Assembly (NCBI RefSeq): GCF_006345805.1
Contig: NC_043009.1
Span: forward strand, 49,848,001-49,912,000
Direction: 5' to 3'
Length of the DNA: 64,000 nucleotides
Source: Octopus sinensis
Taxonomy: Eukaryota
Shown: in pieces, positions 12,060 through 24,786 of the stretch
How the letters are laid out: each line of letters begins with the position of its first letter
Position numbering within the stretch: position 1 is the stretch's first letter
Program-made: the position numbers and the translations under genes
The notes under the pieces: model-generated
Databases searched by the model: none
What the model was told of the DNA's origin: nothing
The model's input: the letters and a program-made list of their open reading frames with translations, nothing else

Positions 12060-12304
12060 GTAAAAGTACCATCCAATCGTGGCCATTTGCCAGCCTCATC
12101 TGGCACCGTTGCCGGTGGCACGTAAAAAGCACCCACTACACTCACAGAGTGGTTGGCATTAGGAAGGGCATCCAGCTGTAGAAACACTGCCAGATCAGAC
12201 TGGAGCCTGGTGCAGCTATCTGGCTTCCCAGACCCCGGTTGAACCGTCCAACCCATGCTAGCATGGAAAACAGACGTTAAACGACAACGACAATGATGAT
12301 GATG
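12060..12304 (+). mobile_element. Family C (RTE 3' UTR) copy
   Basis: Near-identical to 1290-1460; ends aacccatgctagcatggaaaacagacgttaaacgac...gatgatg. Confidence 0.9.
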
Positions 12305-13189
12305 AAAGACCAAAAATAATAAAGATTTTTGCATCTGCTTTTTACAAAAATCCCTATTAGTATAAACCAAATTTGGAGTTGTGACATGTGGTATCTTTGG
12401 TATTCTCACTGTTGAATTGAAGTTTTGATGTTTGGTAGCTGAATATGTCTTCTACATCTTTTGGAGATGAAGACTGAGAAACAAGAGAGAGAGTGATGGT
12501 GAGGTGCAGTTTGTTCTTATCGGGTCTTTAGTCAGATTAGTAACACCCAGGCTTGACGAATCAAACAGTCTGCTGTGAAACAACACTGCTTTTATAATTG
12601 ACGGCTGTCCTACTAGTAAATGAACCGAATCATTTACAGCAAGGAATTTCATGTCTGTGGGAGGAGGCTATTGACTGACAAGTAATGCAAGCAATTTCAC
12701 TAACAATAACAGGCAGTGTGTGGCGAGGGGGGGGGGCGAAGAGGGAAGGTGGAGGATAACAATGGAAAGAGAAAGACATTTGCTAGAGAAGGTAGGGGGG
12801 GGGAGAAATGGGAAGAGCAAGAAATGGGAGAATCAAGAATTAACTGAGAAACAGAGATAGAAGGGATAGAGATTTAGAAAAGACGATGCTTGGTACAGGA
12901 TATGGAGAAAAGAGAGAGAGAGAGAGAGAGAGAGGGACAGAGATAGGGGGCAGCGAAAGAAGACAAGCTGGAAGAAAATATCAGAGAGAAAAGAGAAAAG
13001 TTGACAGAAAGAGGAAAACTTAAGAAACTGAAAGAATGCCTCTGCAAATATGTGTGATGCATTGGTGTGCATGCATGTTTGTATATAAGTGAATAGGTGC
13101 AAATTTATACATGAAGGTATGTGTGTATGCGTGTATGTAAGTATTTGCAGATATTTAAGTGTTTGCGTGTATGTAGTATGCATGACAGT

Positions 13190-13620
13190 GTGTGTGTGTG
13201 TGTGTGTGAGTGTTTGCATGTATACAGTGTGTATGACAACACGTATGAGAGTTGTGTGTGTGTGGGTATGTATGAGTGGTTGTATGTAAGTATGCGAGTA
13301 CAAGTGTGTGTGTGTGTGCGTGTGAGTGTTTGCATGTATATTAGTGTGTATGACAACACGTATAAGAGTTGTGTGTGTGTGTGTGTGGGTATGTATGAGT
13401 GCTTGTATGTAAGTATGCGAGTACAAGTGTGTGTGTGTGTGTGTGTGTTTGCATGTATATTAGTGTGTATGACAACACGTATGAGAGTTGTGTGTGGGTA
13501 TGTATGAGTGCTTGTATATAAGTATGTGAGTACAAATGTGTGTGTATGTGTGGGTATGTATGAGTGCTTGTATGTAAGTATGTGAGTACAAGTGTGTGTG
13601 TGTGTGTGTGTGTGTGCGTT
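13190..13620. repeat. Tandem array of about 115-125-bp (GT)-rich units (about 3.5 copies)
   Basis: gtttgcatgtat...gtgtatgacaacacgtat(g/a)agagttgtgtg...gggtatgtatgagtg...gagtacaag repeated. Confidence 0.9.
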
Positions 13621-14143
13621 TGTTTGCATGCATGTCGGCCTGCAATGTAGGCAAGTTGCCAACTCTGACTAGCAAAGTGAAAGACTTTAATGAAAGCCAA
13701 AGTTGACAGAAAGAAATCAACTTTAAGTGCTCTGTCAGAAGAAGTGGCTGAACATTTGGAAGGGACGGGGCTTTGGCTTTGGCTTTCTGATGCACAAGGA
13801 AAGGCACACCTGCCTTTCCCCTTCCTTCCTCTGCCTCTAGGCTTATCCCTTATCTCCTCCCCTTAGGCTGAAGAGAGCAGAGTGCAGTGGTGGGAGAGAA
13901 GTGGTGGTGGTGGTGGTGGTTGGGGCTGATAGTGTTGATGCTGTCATAGTGCCATCAGTGTTGTAGGTGGTTGGAGGGATGGGTTATAAGATGGAGGAAC
14001 TGACCACATAAGACCCCCTTGTTGAGAGGTCACCAGCAATTCTGACAAGGATGTTCTGCTTTTGAACCCTATTCCAGTCTTATTTGTTGAAGGGAAGAAC
14101 TAAAGTGGTGCATGCTCACCAATCGTTCATCTTGCTTGGGGCA

Positions 14144-14181
<38 letters not shown>

Positions 14182-15446
14182 TGTGTGGCAAAGAGAGGGT
14201 GTGGAGTCACTGTGCATAACAAGGGTGGGTGATGGCAGCAACTATTACAACAGCTTTTAAAATACTTTCTATTGGCAGTGGTTTTATAGCTGCTCCTGGA
14301 CAATAAGTCATAGTGAAATGTATGACCACTAAGCTGAGGAGGGGTGGGCAAAAGGTGTGAGAGGGTGGTGGGGGAGGACGGGAGTGGAATGTACACGTTA
14401 AGGAGTGTAGAAAGAAAAGAAGGATGTGGAGGAGAACTGAAAATTGAGGGGCAGAAAGTGTTGAGGAGAGTATGAAGAGACAAATGAGAAGGGATGAGAG
14501 AGAGCAAATTGAAGAAGAAAGGTGAAATAGAGATGGATATACAGATAGATTGACAGAAATAAAAGTGGAAAGATGGGGATGAGTGGTGGTGGTGATGGTG
14601 GTGGTATTGCTGAGAGGAGGATGTAGGGTGAATGAAGTCCATTTAGTAGGATGGGTGAAGGAAAGTGTTCAGGAGTGGTGGGGGTACTGACCACCGGACC
14701 AAATTAGATGGACTTTCTTGTGACCATTAACCTTTTGAAACTTGAGGAAAAGATTCCAGTAATGGCTAGGCGTCATCACTAAGTGGAAATGAATGACGAA
14801 AACATGTATTAAGAGAGAATCTTCTGCCCTTACCCTTGGTTTTATTTGTTGTGACATACACACATACATATTATGTGACAGACACATAATACACACACAT
14901 TTATGCATGCATACATGCATCCATATTCCCACCATTTAAACTATGGCATTGACAGAAAACACCATTATTTGTAATATAATTGGGGAAAGTGCTTTTACTA
15001 GTGAAATATTGACAATCATATACATATTAAAATGTACCTTCTGCTGGAGAAGAACACACACAAACATTTCCATATGCATGCTAAGACACAAAGACATGCG
15101 TATGTGTAAAGATGCACACACACATATCCATACGTAAGGAATGAATCAAGTGCATTTACTAAGATATACAAACACAGCTAAATATATACTCAGAAAAACT
15201 TACATACTTGTCCGCACATTTGAACTCGACAAAGCACATAGACTAACTTGTGCACAGACTGTATTTGATTACCACAGACACAGGCTTGCTTACAGACATT
15301 TCTGTCTCATATATTAGGACTCAAATAGGCATAAGTATAAACACATACACACAGACAATAAATATTTGATTATTACAGATGAATACACACACATGCAAAA
15401 TTCAGATGTTTATATCCAAACATGTATGTACATAAATCTCTACAGA

Positions 15447-15486
<40 letters not shown>

Positions 15487-16840
15487 CGTGCGTGCGTGTG
15501 TGTGTGTGTGTATGTGTGTATACATATATCTTTATATATTCTCTCTCTCTCTCTCTAACCCAGCCACGTATGTAGCAGAATTACAAATGCGCATGCATAT
15601 AAACACTGTGCTATACACACGTGTAATATTTCAGTTTCCATAAGTGTCTGATTGAAAAACACTGAAACTAAATGCTTTAAATAGATTTTTTCAAACGTAT
15701 TACTTGTCGTGCACTTATTGGAACTGAAACAGAAAACCGACTCACAGGAACGTTCCACAGACTTCTAGCTTCATGGAGACATTTTAATGAAGCCAGATAA
15801 AGAGAGACCCAGTACAGCATGTGCATACATGTGTGTGTCTGTGTCTAACTAAAAAAAAGAAAATATATATATATATAGATGTACATACACACACATAAAC
15901 ACATGTGTGTTTATGTGAGCATATGTGCATTATATATAAACATACACATAAATGTAAGTGTTCAGGCCTACACATATACAGCTGCACATACACTTGTGTA
16001 GATATGTAGATATGTGTATGCACACATATATATATAAATATGTACACAGATATATATATATTTGTATTGCTCAGGTTGAGTTACATCACAACATATGATT
16101 TCAGGGAAAGAGAGAGAGAGAGAGAGGAGTGAGAGAGGAGGTGCAGGGAGAGACATCATGTCATTTTTCTCTCTATTTAACAATGGACTGTGCTACGTCA
16201 ACTTGAACCTGAAATCCTCTCCGTTCTTTTGCAGTGCAAGCTAAATCAGTCTGAAGGTCAGAGGTCTAATTATTGAAAGTTCAGGGGTGTAATTACTTTG
16301 GAAACAGTCAGTGGTCTCTTTGGAAACAACAGAATAAAACAAACTGAAACAATATTACTGATATTAGATAATAGTGATGATTTCTGACATAGATATTAGT
16401 TCTTTTATTTTATATGAAGTAAGGAAATAGGAATATGTGATGCTCATGTATTTCCAAAGAGAATTAATCGTGCAAATGAAATGTCTGCACCTAACAAATG
16501 AACTACACTTTGATCTTCGCCAAAAGGCCGAGAACCACATAATGCAAAACAAGAGCTAATGTGCACACCTTTGTAAGATAGCTCAACCTGATAAAAATAG
16601 CAACCTGACCTCTCAAAACACACAGTCCAGTCTGAAAAATGGGAAGGACACAACAGATGATGTGGTTGCAGATACTCCTAAAAATAAAGGATGGTCATGG
16701 CTGGAACATCCTTGACCATTTCTCTGTTCAGTCAGAATAGATTCTTGGTTAAAGAGTAATAACAAAGAAAGTGATGATGATCATAATTTCTTACATAGGC
16801 ACGAGGTCATACAATTTGGGGATCGGTATGTATTAGTATC

Positions 16841-17053
16841 GCGGCGAGCTGGCAGAAACATTAGCATGCCGTATTTTGTCTGCATTTGCGTTCTGAGTTC
16901 AAATTCCGCTGAGGTCGACTTTGCCTTTCATCCTTTCGGGGTTGATAAATAAAGTAACAGTTTTGCACTGGGGTCAATGTAATCAACTTAATCCCTTTGT
17001 CTGTCCTTGTTTGTCCCCTCTGTGTTTAGCCCCTTGTGAGTAGTAAAGAAATA
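16841..17053 (+). mobile_element. SINE family B with 16-bp TSD, nested in an older opposite-strand B copy
   Basis: ggtatgtattagtatc at 16825-16840 and 17054-17069. Confidence 0.92.
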
Positions 17054-17550
17054 GGTATGTATTAGTATCAATGCTTGATTAGTTCTTATTTTACTGACTC
17101 AGGAAGAAGAAAATGCTAAGTCGGACTTGAAAGACATTAAACTCACAATATAGAAAAACAAATTCTTTAGTTGTTTTTTTTAGCCTCATGATCAATTCCA
17201 TACTGGAGCACTGCCTTAAGTAACTAGATGCTTCAAAACATTCCACTCACTGCTCTTTCAATTCTACCTTTCTGTCAATTTTTGCAAAAATAATAATTTC
17301 ATTACGCTCATAATTGCTTTTATTAGCTTTTTTTTTTATCAGTACACAGATAATACTGTAAAGTTAACATGACAGTCTCGCAATAGAAAACAATTTAGAG
17401 TTAACATGGTTCTCAATTAACAGATATAGTGTAAAGTTAAAAATGGAGTCAGTTAACATAGTTATTCTAAAGAAAATATAGTTATCAGTTCACAGAGAAA
17501 GTATTAAGTGACGGCATTGTAGAGTTAATACAGCAGTCAGTATTCTAGAG

Positions 17551-17736
17551 CAGTTCTCCACAAACTTTCTTTGCTTGCAATACACTTATATTCTTTTCAA
17601 TATTTGGCGACACACCTGAACTAAAAATATAACTAGAAGTATAGGGAAAAAAGTCATAATCAGGTCACACTACAACACACCTAGCATTGTCTCATGGCAT
17701 GGCAGTAGGCCGTGGCATACTGGTTGTGAAGCACTG
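17551..17736. mobile_element. Non-autonomous hAT MITE
   Basis: Ends CAGTTCTCCACAAAC / GGTTGTGAAGCACTG; 8-bp TSD ttctagag / ttcaagag (Charlie-type NTCTAGAN). Confidence 0.78.
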
Positions 17737-17842
17737 TTCAAGAGTTAAATGGCAGCCAAAAGAGAAGCTGTGAAGAAAACATAGTTATCAGTTTAAATTG
17801 GAGTCTAACAAATATCCAAATGTTCATATTGGACTCAACATA

Positions 17843-18254
17843 GGCGCAGGAGTGGCTGTGTGGTAAGTAGCTTGTTTACCAACCACATGGTTCCGGGTTC
17901 AGTCCCACTGTGTGGCACCTTGGGCAAATGTCTTCTACTATAGCCTCGGGCTGACCAAAGCCTTGTGAGTGGATTTGGTAGACGGAAACTGAAAGAAGCC
18001 CGTTGTATATATATATATATATATATATGCCTGTGTGTGTTTGTGTGTCTGTGTTTGTCTCCCTAGCATTGCTTGACAACCGATGCTGGTGTGTTTATGT
18101 CCCCGTTACTTAGCGGTTCGGCAAAAGAGACCGATAGAATAAGTACTGGGCTTACAAAAGAATAAGTCCCGGGGTCGAGTTGCTCGATTAAAGGCGGTGC
18201 TCCTGCATGGCCACAGTCAAATGACTGAAACAAGTAAAAGAGTAAAAGAGAGAG
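17843..18254 (+). mobile_element. Full-length SINE family A (tRNA-like head, CORE-like ccttgggcaa, internal (TA)n(GT)n, (GTAAAAGA)n end)
   Basis: ggcgcaggagtggctgtgtggt and gggttcagtcc pol III-box-like motifs; several near-identical copies in the window. Confidence 0.93.
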
Positions 18255-18859
18255 TAAACATAAACATTCTAAAATAATATCGCTTTGCATTGAAACAGGA
18301 GTTAGCATCCATAAACTCCGTGGAGTCCAATGCGAAGTTACTTAAATTGTAACAAATTCTTCTTCGTTGTTGAAATTTTATTTCTTCATAATTCTATTCT
18401 CATCCTACATGTTGTAAAGCATCGTAAGTCTGCCCTGCCTTGTTGCCATTATCGTGATCGTGGTTGTCATCGTTGATAAAACATCAGTTGATATGAAACA
18501 AAGGAGGAATTTTCAAAACTTTGGATGATAATTATGGAAAAGTACACGGAAATAATTGCCTAAGTAAGGAAAATAGGAATGCTAGATATTCTTGAGAAAG
18601 TAAAAAAAGTTTTCTATGAAATTTAGCTTCCCAGATTTAATTAACAAAGGATGATTATTAAAGGCGATATTCAAGACACAACCAATGCTGATGTTCTTGC
18701 TGATCTCAATCTCGACAATATCAATTAATTATCAAATCTTCCAACTTCAATGCTTTCATTTACCTTGGAGGTGGGAGTATTCAGAATGAAAAATACATGA
18801 TGCTCAATATCACTCATTCCTCTAATATGTATTCCAAAGTATGCTTTTCGGAAAGTTCC

Positions 18860-18900
18860 TGGATATATATGTATGCATATATATCTATATTTCTCTCTCT

Positions 18901-18946
<46 letters not shown>

Positions 18947-19022
18947 AGACATACACACACATACATATACACATATAAATATATGCATGTATATATTAAT
19001 TATAATTAATAAGTATACATTC

Positions 19023-19072
<50 letters not shown>

Positions 19073-19282
19073 TATAGATATATTAGATAAATACAATACC
19101 TAATAATACCTTGAGATGCGTGTGTATGAATAAGAAAGTATCCACACACACATACACACACACACACACATATAGAGAGAGAGACAGAGAGAGAAACAAT
19201 ATACACATAGACATTCATATGTGTATATATGTGTGTGTGTATGTATATATATATATATAGATATATATATATATATACATAC

Positions 19283-19330
<48 letters not shown>
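18860..19330. repeat. Compound (TA)n/(CA)n/(GA)n microsatellite block
   Basis: Direct reading. Confidence 0.95.
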
Positions 19331-19334
<4 letters not shown>

Positions 19335-20072
19335 CAGGTTATATATGAGCGTCTTGCTGTATTGATCAAGAGCAAGAGAAAGGATAAAGAAAGGTAGCAT
19401 TTATACACCCATGCATGATCTCACATACACACACACACACACACCTACATAATAAGGAAAGACAGAAATAAAATAACAATATGCACATATTTGTCTTGAT
19501 GTAGACATGTGTGGATTTATCTATGAATGTGTCTGTAATTTATAAACACACATCCAACGAACGAACATTTGCATACACGTGTGCATAATTAAGCTATAAG
19601 CCTATTGAACTAATTGTTATTTTTGTTGTCATTGTTGTTTTAAATTTTCTTTCCTGTTTTTAACAATATAAACACAGAGCGTTGTGCATTCATTCTATGA
19701 TTGGGCCTCGGTACAAGGACATTAAAATGGAATAGCTGCATACGATGGTGCAGCATGCGAGACGTGTAATTATAATAGTAAAACATAAACGGTTCATTAA
19801 AGCATATAACAGCACGCCTATTGGGCAAGAGATAAGGTTTTTACAAGGGATTTGTTCTTTGCTAGTTTTTATGTATATTGTATGTATATTAAATGCATTT
19901 TTATTTTGGCTGTAATTGGTGGAGGGAAGGAGGGTTCCTTTTTTTTTTTTTTGCTTGAATTTCATTTTATTCCATTATTTTTATCTTCTTATAATCATTG
20001 TTTTTTTTCTTTAATTTTCTTTCAAAAACTAACATATATGATTATCAAGCTGTATGCATATATATGTGTCTG

Positions 20073-20114
<42 letters not shown>

Positions 20115-20800
20115 CACACACACACACACACACATATATCTTTGTGTGTGAGTGTGTATGCATGCGTGCATGTAGACATTCACTGTGACGAATATGTGTG
20201 CATATATGCCGGTTCATGTGCATGTGTGTTCCCTGATGATGGTTTATAAGTGTGGGTTAAAGGTGCAACATATCAAAAAGTAATTAGTTATTAAATAATT
20301 ATAAATAGAACCCAGTAAAACGACTGCGGAAATCTTCATTAATGAAAGAGCCGATGGGAGGAGAAAAGGGTAAAAAGTATCATTAGTCCCACTCACCCCC
20401 ACCACCACCACCACCACTATAAAATATTTTTAAAAATGGAAAGAAAATAGTTCCGTCTTTTTCAATAACAACATATATAATAAAAAGAAATTAGAAGTAC
20501 AAATATGTTAACTTCCATCAGAGGAACCACACCTACTTTCTCCTAAACCGCCACAGCAAATCTATTTATAAGTCAATGAAATCTCATGAAGTTATTTACT
20601 TTTGGTGAGCTCTATCCATCATATTCTAAATATTTTAGGTGTGTATCTGCATCCATGCTTGTATCAAAACATAGCTCTCTATCTTCTAATTCATCTTTCA
20701 TATATGTGCATATACATATATATATATATACACACACACATACACCCACATGTATGTATGTATGTATGTATGTATGTATGTATGTATGTATGTATGTATG

Positions 20801-20836
<36 letters not shown>

Positions 20837-20847
20837 ATATATATATT

Positions 20848-21075
20848 TCGAAACACGCATTAAGTTGAAACAGGGGCAGCTGAAGAAGGGGAATATCCTT
20901 TGTGTTGGTTGTCTTGTACTCTGTTTTTGCGTTGTTAAAAAAAGTCTGTTTCCTTGTTTGGTTTTATGTTTTCATTTCTCGTTGTGTTCTACGTTTATTT
21001 GTGGTGTCCTGTACTCATATATGCATGTATATATACATATAGATATATGCATATGTTTTATTTATTAAATTGTTA
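20848..21075 (+). mobile_element. Probable Penelope-like non-autonomous fragment between (TA)n tracts
   Basis: ttcGAAACacgc...cagCTGAAGAagggg (both hammerhead core words) followed by a T-rich arm; flanked by (TA)n. Confidence 0.4.
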
Positions 21076-21559
21076 TATATATATATATGCATAATTGTAT
21101 GTACATCTATATGCATATAAGCACTTACATATATATGTATGAAGCACATGAAGTGTCTGTGACCTGAGTTAAATTTCTTGTTGAAATCCTTCCCATTCAC
21201 TACATTATATATCGTTTTACATCAAATTTGTAGCTAATGCCTTTCTGTTTCACTGGAAAATCTTGGAGAAATGTATTAAACTTTGCTAAAAACAGGAACA
21301 CTACAACATAATGTTGTTCAGTATAGATATACACGAACAGTGGAAATGGTATTTAACAGTAACCAGTTTTAAACTTTGGTTCTCTGCCTTAAAATATGTT
21401 TAGGAAGATTTTTCACATGGATAAATTGATTTCTTAAAAAAAAGGTTCAAGGTCACATATTTGTGAGAGAGAACAGTCAATTAGCAACTTTGACATTGAT
21501 AAATTAAATACATTTAGTTTAGGTTTTGTTTGTTTTTAAAGTGAGTGAGAGAAAGAAGA

Positions 21560-22090
21560 ATTGGTGCCCTTGACCTCTGTAAGACAACCTAGTTAGGTGA
21601 GATTAATGCAGGAATGATGCCTAGTTTGAACATTGTAGATCATTGTTTTCAAGAAAAGACAGAATTCCTGAGGGTTGCATTTCTCTGGAGGAAGGACTGG
21701 GTAAAGTGTTTTATGCAGTGTCTGGAAGGCATGAGAGTAAGGTCTAATGGAATCCTCAAGAAAATTAGTTTAATTTAGCCAAGAATTACTTGAGAAGGAT
21801 CCCACATACTGATGCTGAAGAAGTGGAGTTAAATCTGGGATTAACTTGAGAGCATAGGTCAAGACTGATAAAAGTGGAGAACAATTTTCAATGGTTTAAG
21901 TTTCAATAGGGACAATGGTTCAAGAAAAAAGTCATCAGATGAGATCCAGTGATTCTTAGTATAGAAGACACTTAGTAGTACCCAAATGATTCAAACCTAG
22001 ACTCCGATGTCTTTACAGGGAATCAATTTCGTGGAGTAAAGAGTGGATACAAAAGGGATCAAGCTGAGCAGATATAGAGGTAATTATGTG
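21560..22090 (-). mobile_element. Possible heavily degraded CR1/Jockey-like LINE remnant
   Basis: Minus-strand peptide scraps such as SRHCIKHFTQSFLQR resemble LINE RT C-terminal regions; no intact frame. Confidence 0.3.
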
Positions 22091-22154
22091 GATTAACAAA
22101 TTAGATATATTAAATATAACAGTTTGGATATGAAATATAAAATATGTATATATG

Positions 22155-22579
22155 TATACATGCAAAACGAGAGAAAGCAAAAAGTGGAAACTTTCAGACC
22201 ATGAATATTTAAGTATAAATATATAGATATTTATATTAACAGATCCAATTTACACAGACTACAAACAACAAAATATTAAAGGGGTGGAAGAAAGGTGTTA
22301 TGTCCAACAGCTGTTTCTGAGAGCCGATAGATCTATCATAATGTTGGAATATATAGTTCATCACAATATGTAGTCATAATGGAAGCAATCAACATTGGAT
22401 ATTATGAGCCTCCATCATCAGGGTAGAAAAGATCTTATATTTCAGATCTTAATGCAGAGAAGTTCAAAGATGTTGTTTGTACTCTGTATAAATTGGATCT
22501 ATTAAAATAACCATCTATATATTTATACTTAAATATTCGTCTGAAAGTCTCCACTTTTTGCGTTCTCACATTTTGCATG

Positions 22580-22583
<4 letters not shown>
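22155..22583 (-). mobile_element. Foldback element: about 115-bp inverted arms around a 200-bp spacer with a type I hammerhead-like core (Penelope-like derivative)
   Basis: Arms 22155-22270 and 22471-22583 are reverse complements with few mismatches. Minus strand has CTGATGA (22421-22415) ... GAAACAGCTGTT (22317-22306). TA-rich flanks. Confidence 0.75.
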
Positions 22584-22610
<27 letters not shown>

Positions 22611-23478
22611 TTCATACCCAAGCCATTATATTTAATATATCTAATTTGTTTGTCCACATAATTGCCATTTTTATGTATGTCTTTGCAGAAGACTTACTGT
22701 TGTCAATAATGCTAGCTTGAGAATATGTTTGTGTATGTATATATATGTGTGTATCTGGGTATATATGTGTATGTATATATGTGTGCACATGCCTATGTAT
22801 GTGTATGTATGGAAGGTATTTTTCTCTCTCCCTCATATTTTCTGTTTTGGAATAACTGAGTTTTAGTCTTGACACATTGCAGGTGATCAAAGTAGCACAA
22901 CTTACTGTTGGTTGCATGGTTGTGTACTAAGTGCAAAGATGGCAGAATATGAGAAAGAGAGGAAGAAACAGAACATCTTGAATTATGATGTAATGGCCAA
23001 CAACAACAAGAACACCAAAAAGCAACAAAAACCTCTACAATAGAAACAGCAACAGATAGGCAAAAGGTTCCAAATAATATCGACCTTACAACTGGTGCCT
23101 TCTCCCACACCATATATACAGAGTTGGCAACACTGCCACCACAACCACCTCCATAATCAACATCATTACATCATTGCCAGAAATGTAATAAAAACAGCAA
23201 CAACAACCACAACATTTAGCAGAACAACAGTACCAAAAACTTGTCATAAAAGGTACAACTCTAAAACATGTTCAAAGCATAGTCACTGATAGTTTAGTAC
23301 TTCGTGTGTATATGTGCATATGTGTGTTTATGTGAGTGTGTGTGTGTGTGCAGATCCTGTGAGTTTAAGGAGAGCTCGTGTTTTTGTTTTTCGTATGAAA
23401 ATTGTGCACGCATGTATGTTTCTATTAACTTTGTTGTCTTAGCCTTTTTATAAAATAGTCTAATTATGTGTGTGTGCA

Positions 23479-23520
<42 letters not shown>

Positions 23521-23752
23521 TGTGTACATGCATGTATTATTTTGCAAGCATGGACATAACTTTAGATGTGTGTGTGTATGTGCATTTGTGAATATGTAAA
23601 TACATGTGAGTGAGTGCTTTCATTAGTGTGAGGACACATGCACACATGAACACACACACACACACACTGCATATGTATGTATATTATAGACAGTCACACT
23701 TATACTTTGGTTATTTCATTATATATGCATATATAAACACCATTGTAAGTAG

Positions 23753-23802
<50 letters not shown>

Positions 23803-24437
23803 AGAAAAACACAGAATGTTTTGTGGTATAAGTATTGCCAATGGTTCATCATATCGTATTATTTTCATCGCATCATTAGTAAATGGAGCAAAACAGGGGA
23901 TCAAACACATTAATGATAAGCAAGTAACAAGTCACAAGTTCAAAGAACAAAAATATTTCATGAGCAGCACTTCTGATGCTGCTTTAATCCACACATATGA
24001 AACACAGAGAGGAAATAGACAGAAATAAGACAAAATGTGACTTTATAAATATAGTGTCATTTAGAACATATAGTCAACTAATAAAGGTGGGTAAATGATA
24101 TATAACTATGGTGAAACAGATATCAGCCTTTGATTAAACAGCATACAGTAGTCAAAGAGAGAGAGAGAGAGTGTGTGTTATGTTAGCATAGAAGAAAAGT
24201 ATTGAAATTCATACATACACACACGAAACCATTTTAGCATGCTTTACTCCCAGATGCAATTGCTTATGTACCTGCATATATGAGTATGTGTGTATTTCTG
24301 TATATTTTACACATACACGCACGACTTGCTCATGCTTTTGTTTTCGAAAATGCTTCTACAACTGGATGCCCTTCCTAAAACCAACCACTCTACGAAGTGT
24401 ACTGGGTACTGTGTATCAGGTATCACTATGAGAAAGG

Positions 24438-24666
24438 CGGCAAGCTGGCAGAAACGTTAGCACGCCAGGCGAAATGCTTAGCGGTATTTCGTCTGCCACT
24501 ACGTTCTGAGTTCAAATTCCGCCGAGGTCGACTTTGCCTTTCATCCTTTTGGGGTCGATTAAATAAGTACCAGTTACGCACTGGGGGTCGATATAATCGA
24601 CTTAATCCGTTTGTCTGTCCTTGTTTGTCCTCTCTGTATTTAGCCCCTTGTGGGTAGTAAAGAAAT
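24438..24666 (+). mobile_element. Young SINE family B with 20-bp TSD
   Basis: aggtatcactatgagaaagg at 24418-24437 and 24667-24686; adjoins an older minus-strand family C remnant (24345-24415). Confidence 0.93.
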
Positions 24667-24786
24667 AGGTATCACTATGAGAAAGGTTGTCATGTTCTCA
24701 AAAAGGACCCTTATGTCTTTGCATGGTCTTTGCTTACCAACCACTTTAACAGAGAAAATCAGATGCATTTTATTGTGGCATCAGTA

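Noticed and set aside
13190-13620. CRISPR-like regularly spaced repeats
   Set aside because: Intervening parts are also repeated or are microsatellite; no unique spacers, no cas genes, eukaryotic context
17351-17373. miR-8/miR-200-like taatactgtaaagttaacatgac
   Set aside because: No complementary 5' arm; it lies in a degenerate local repeat
17843-17915. tRNA gene
   Set aside because: tRNA-like head of SINE family A; continues into SINE body and has no full cloverleaf
20485-20530. Hammerhead-like CTGATGG-aagt...actt on the minus strand
   Set aside because: No GAAA after the stem and the core is non-canonical
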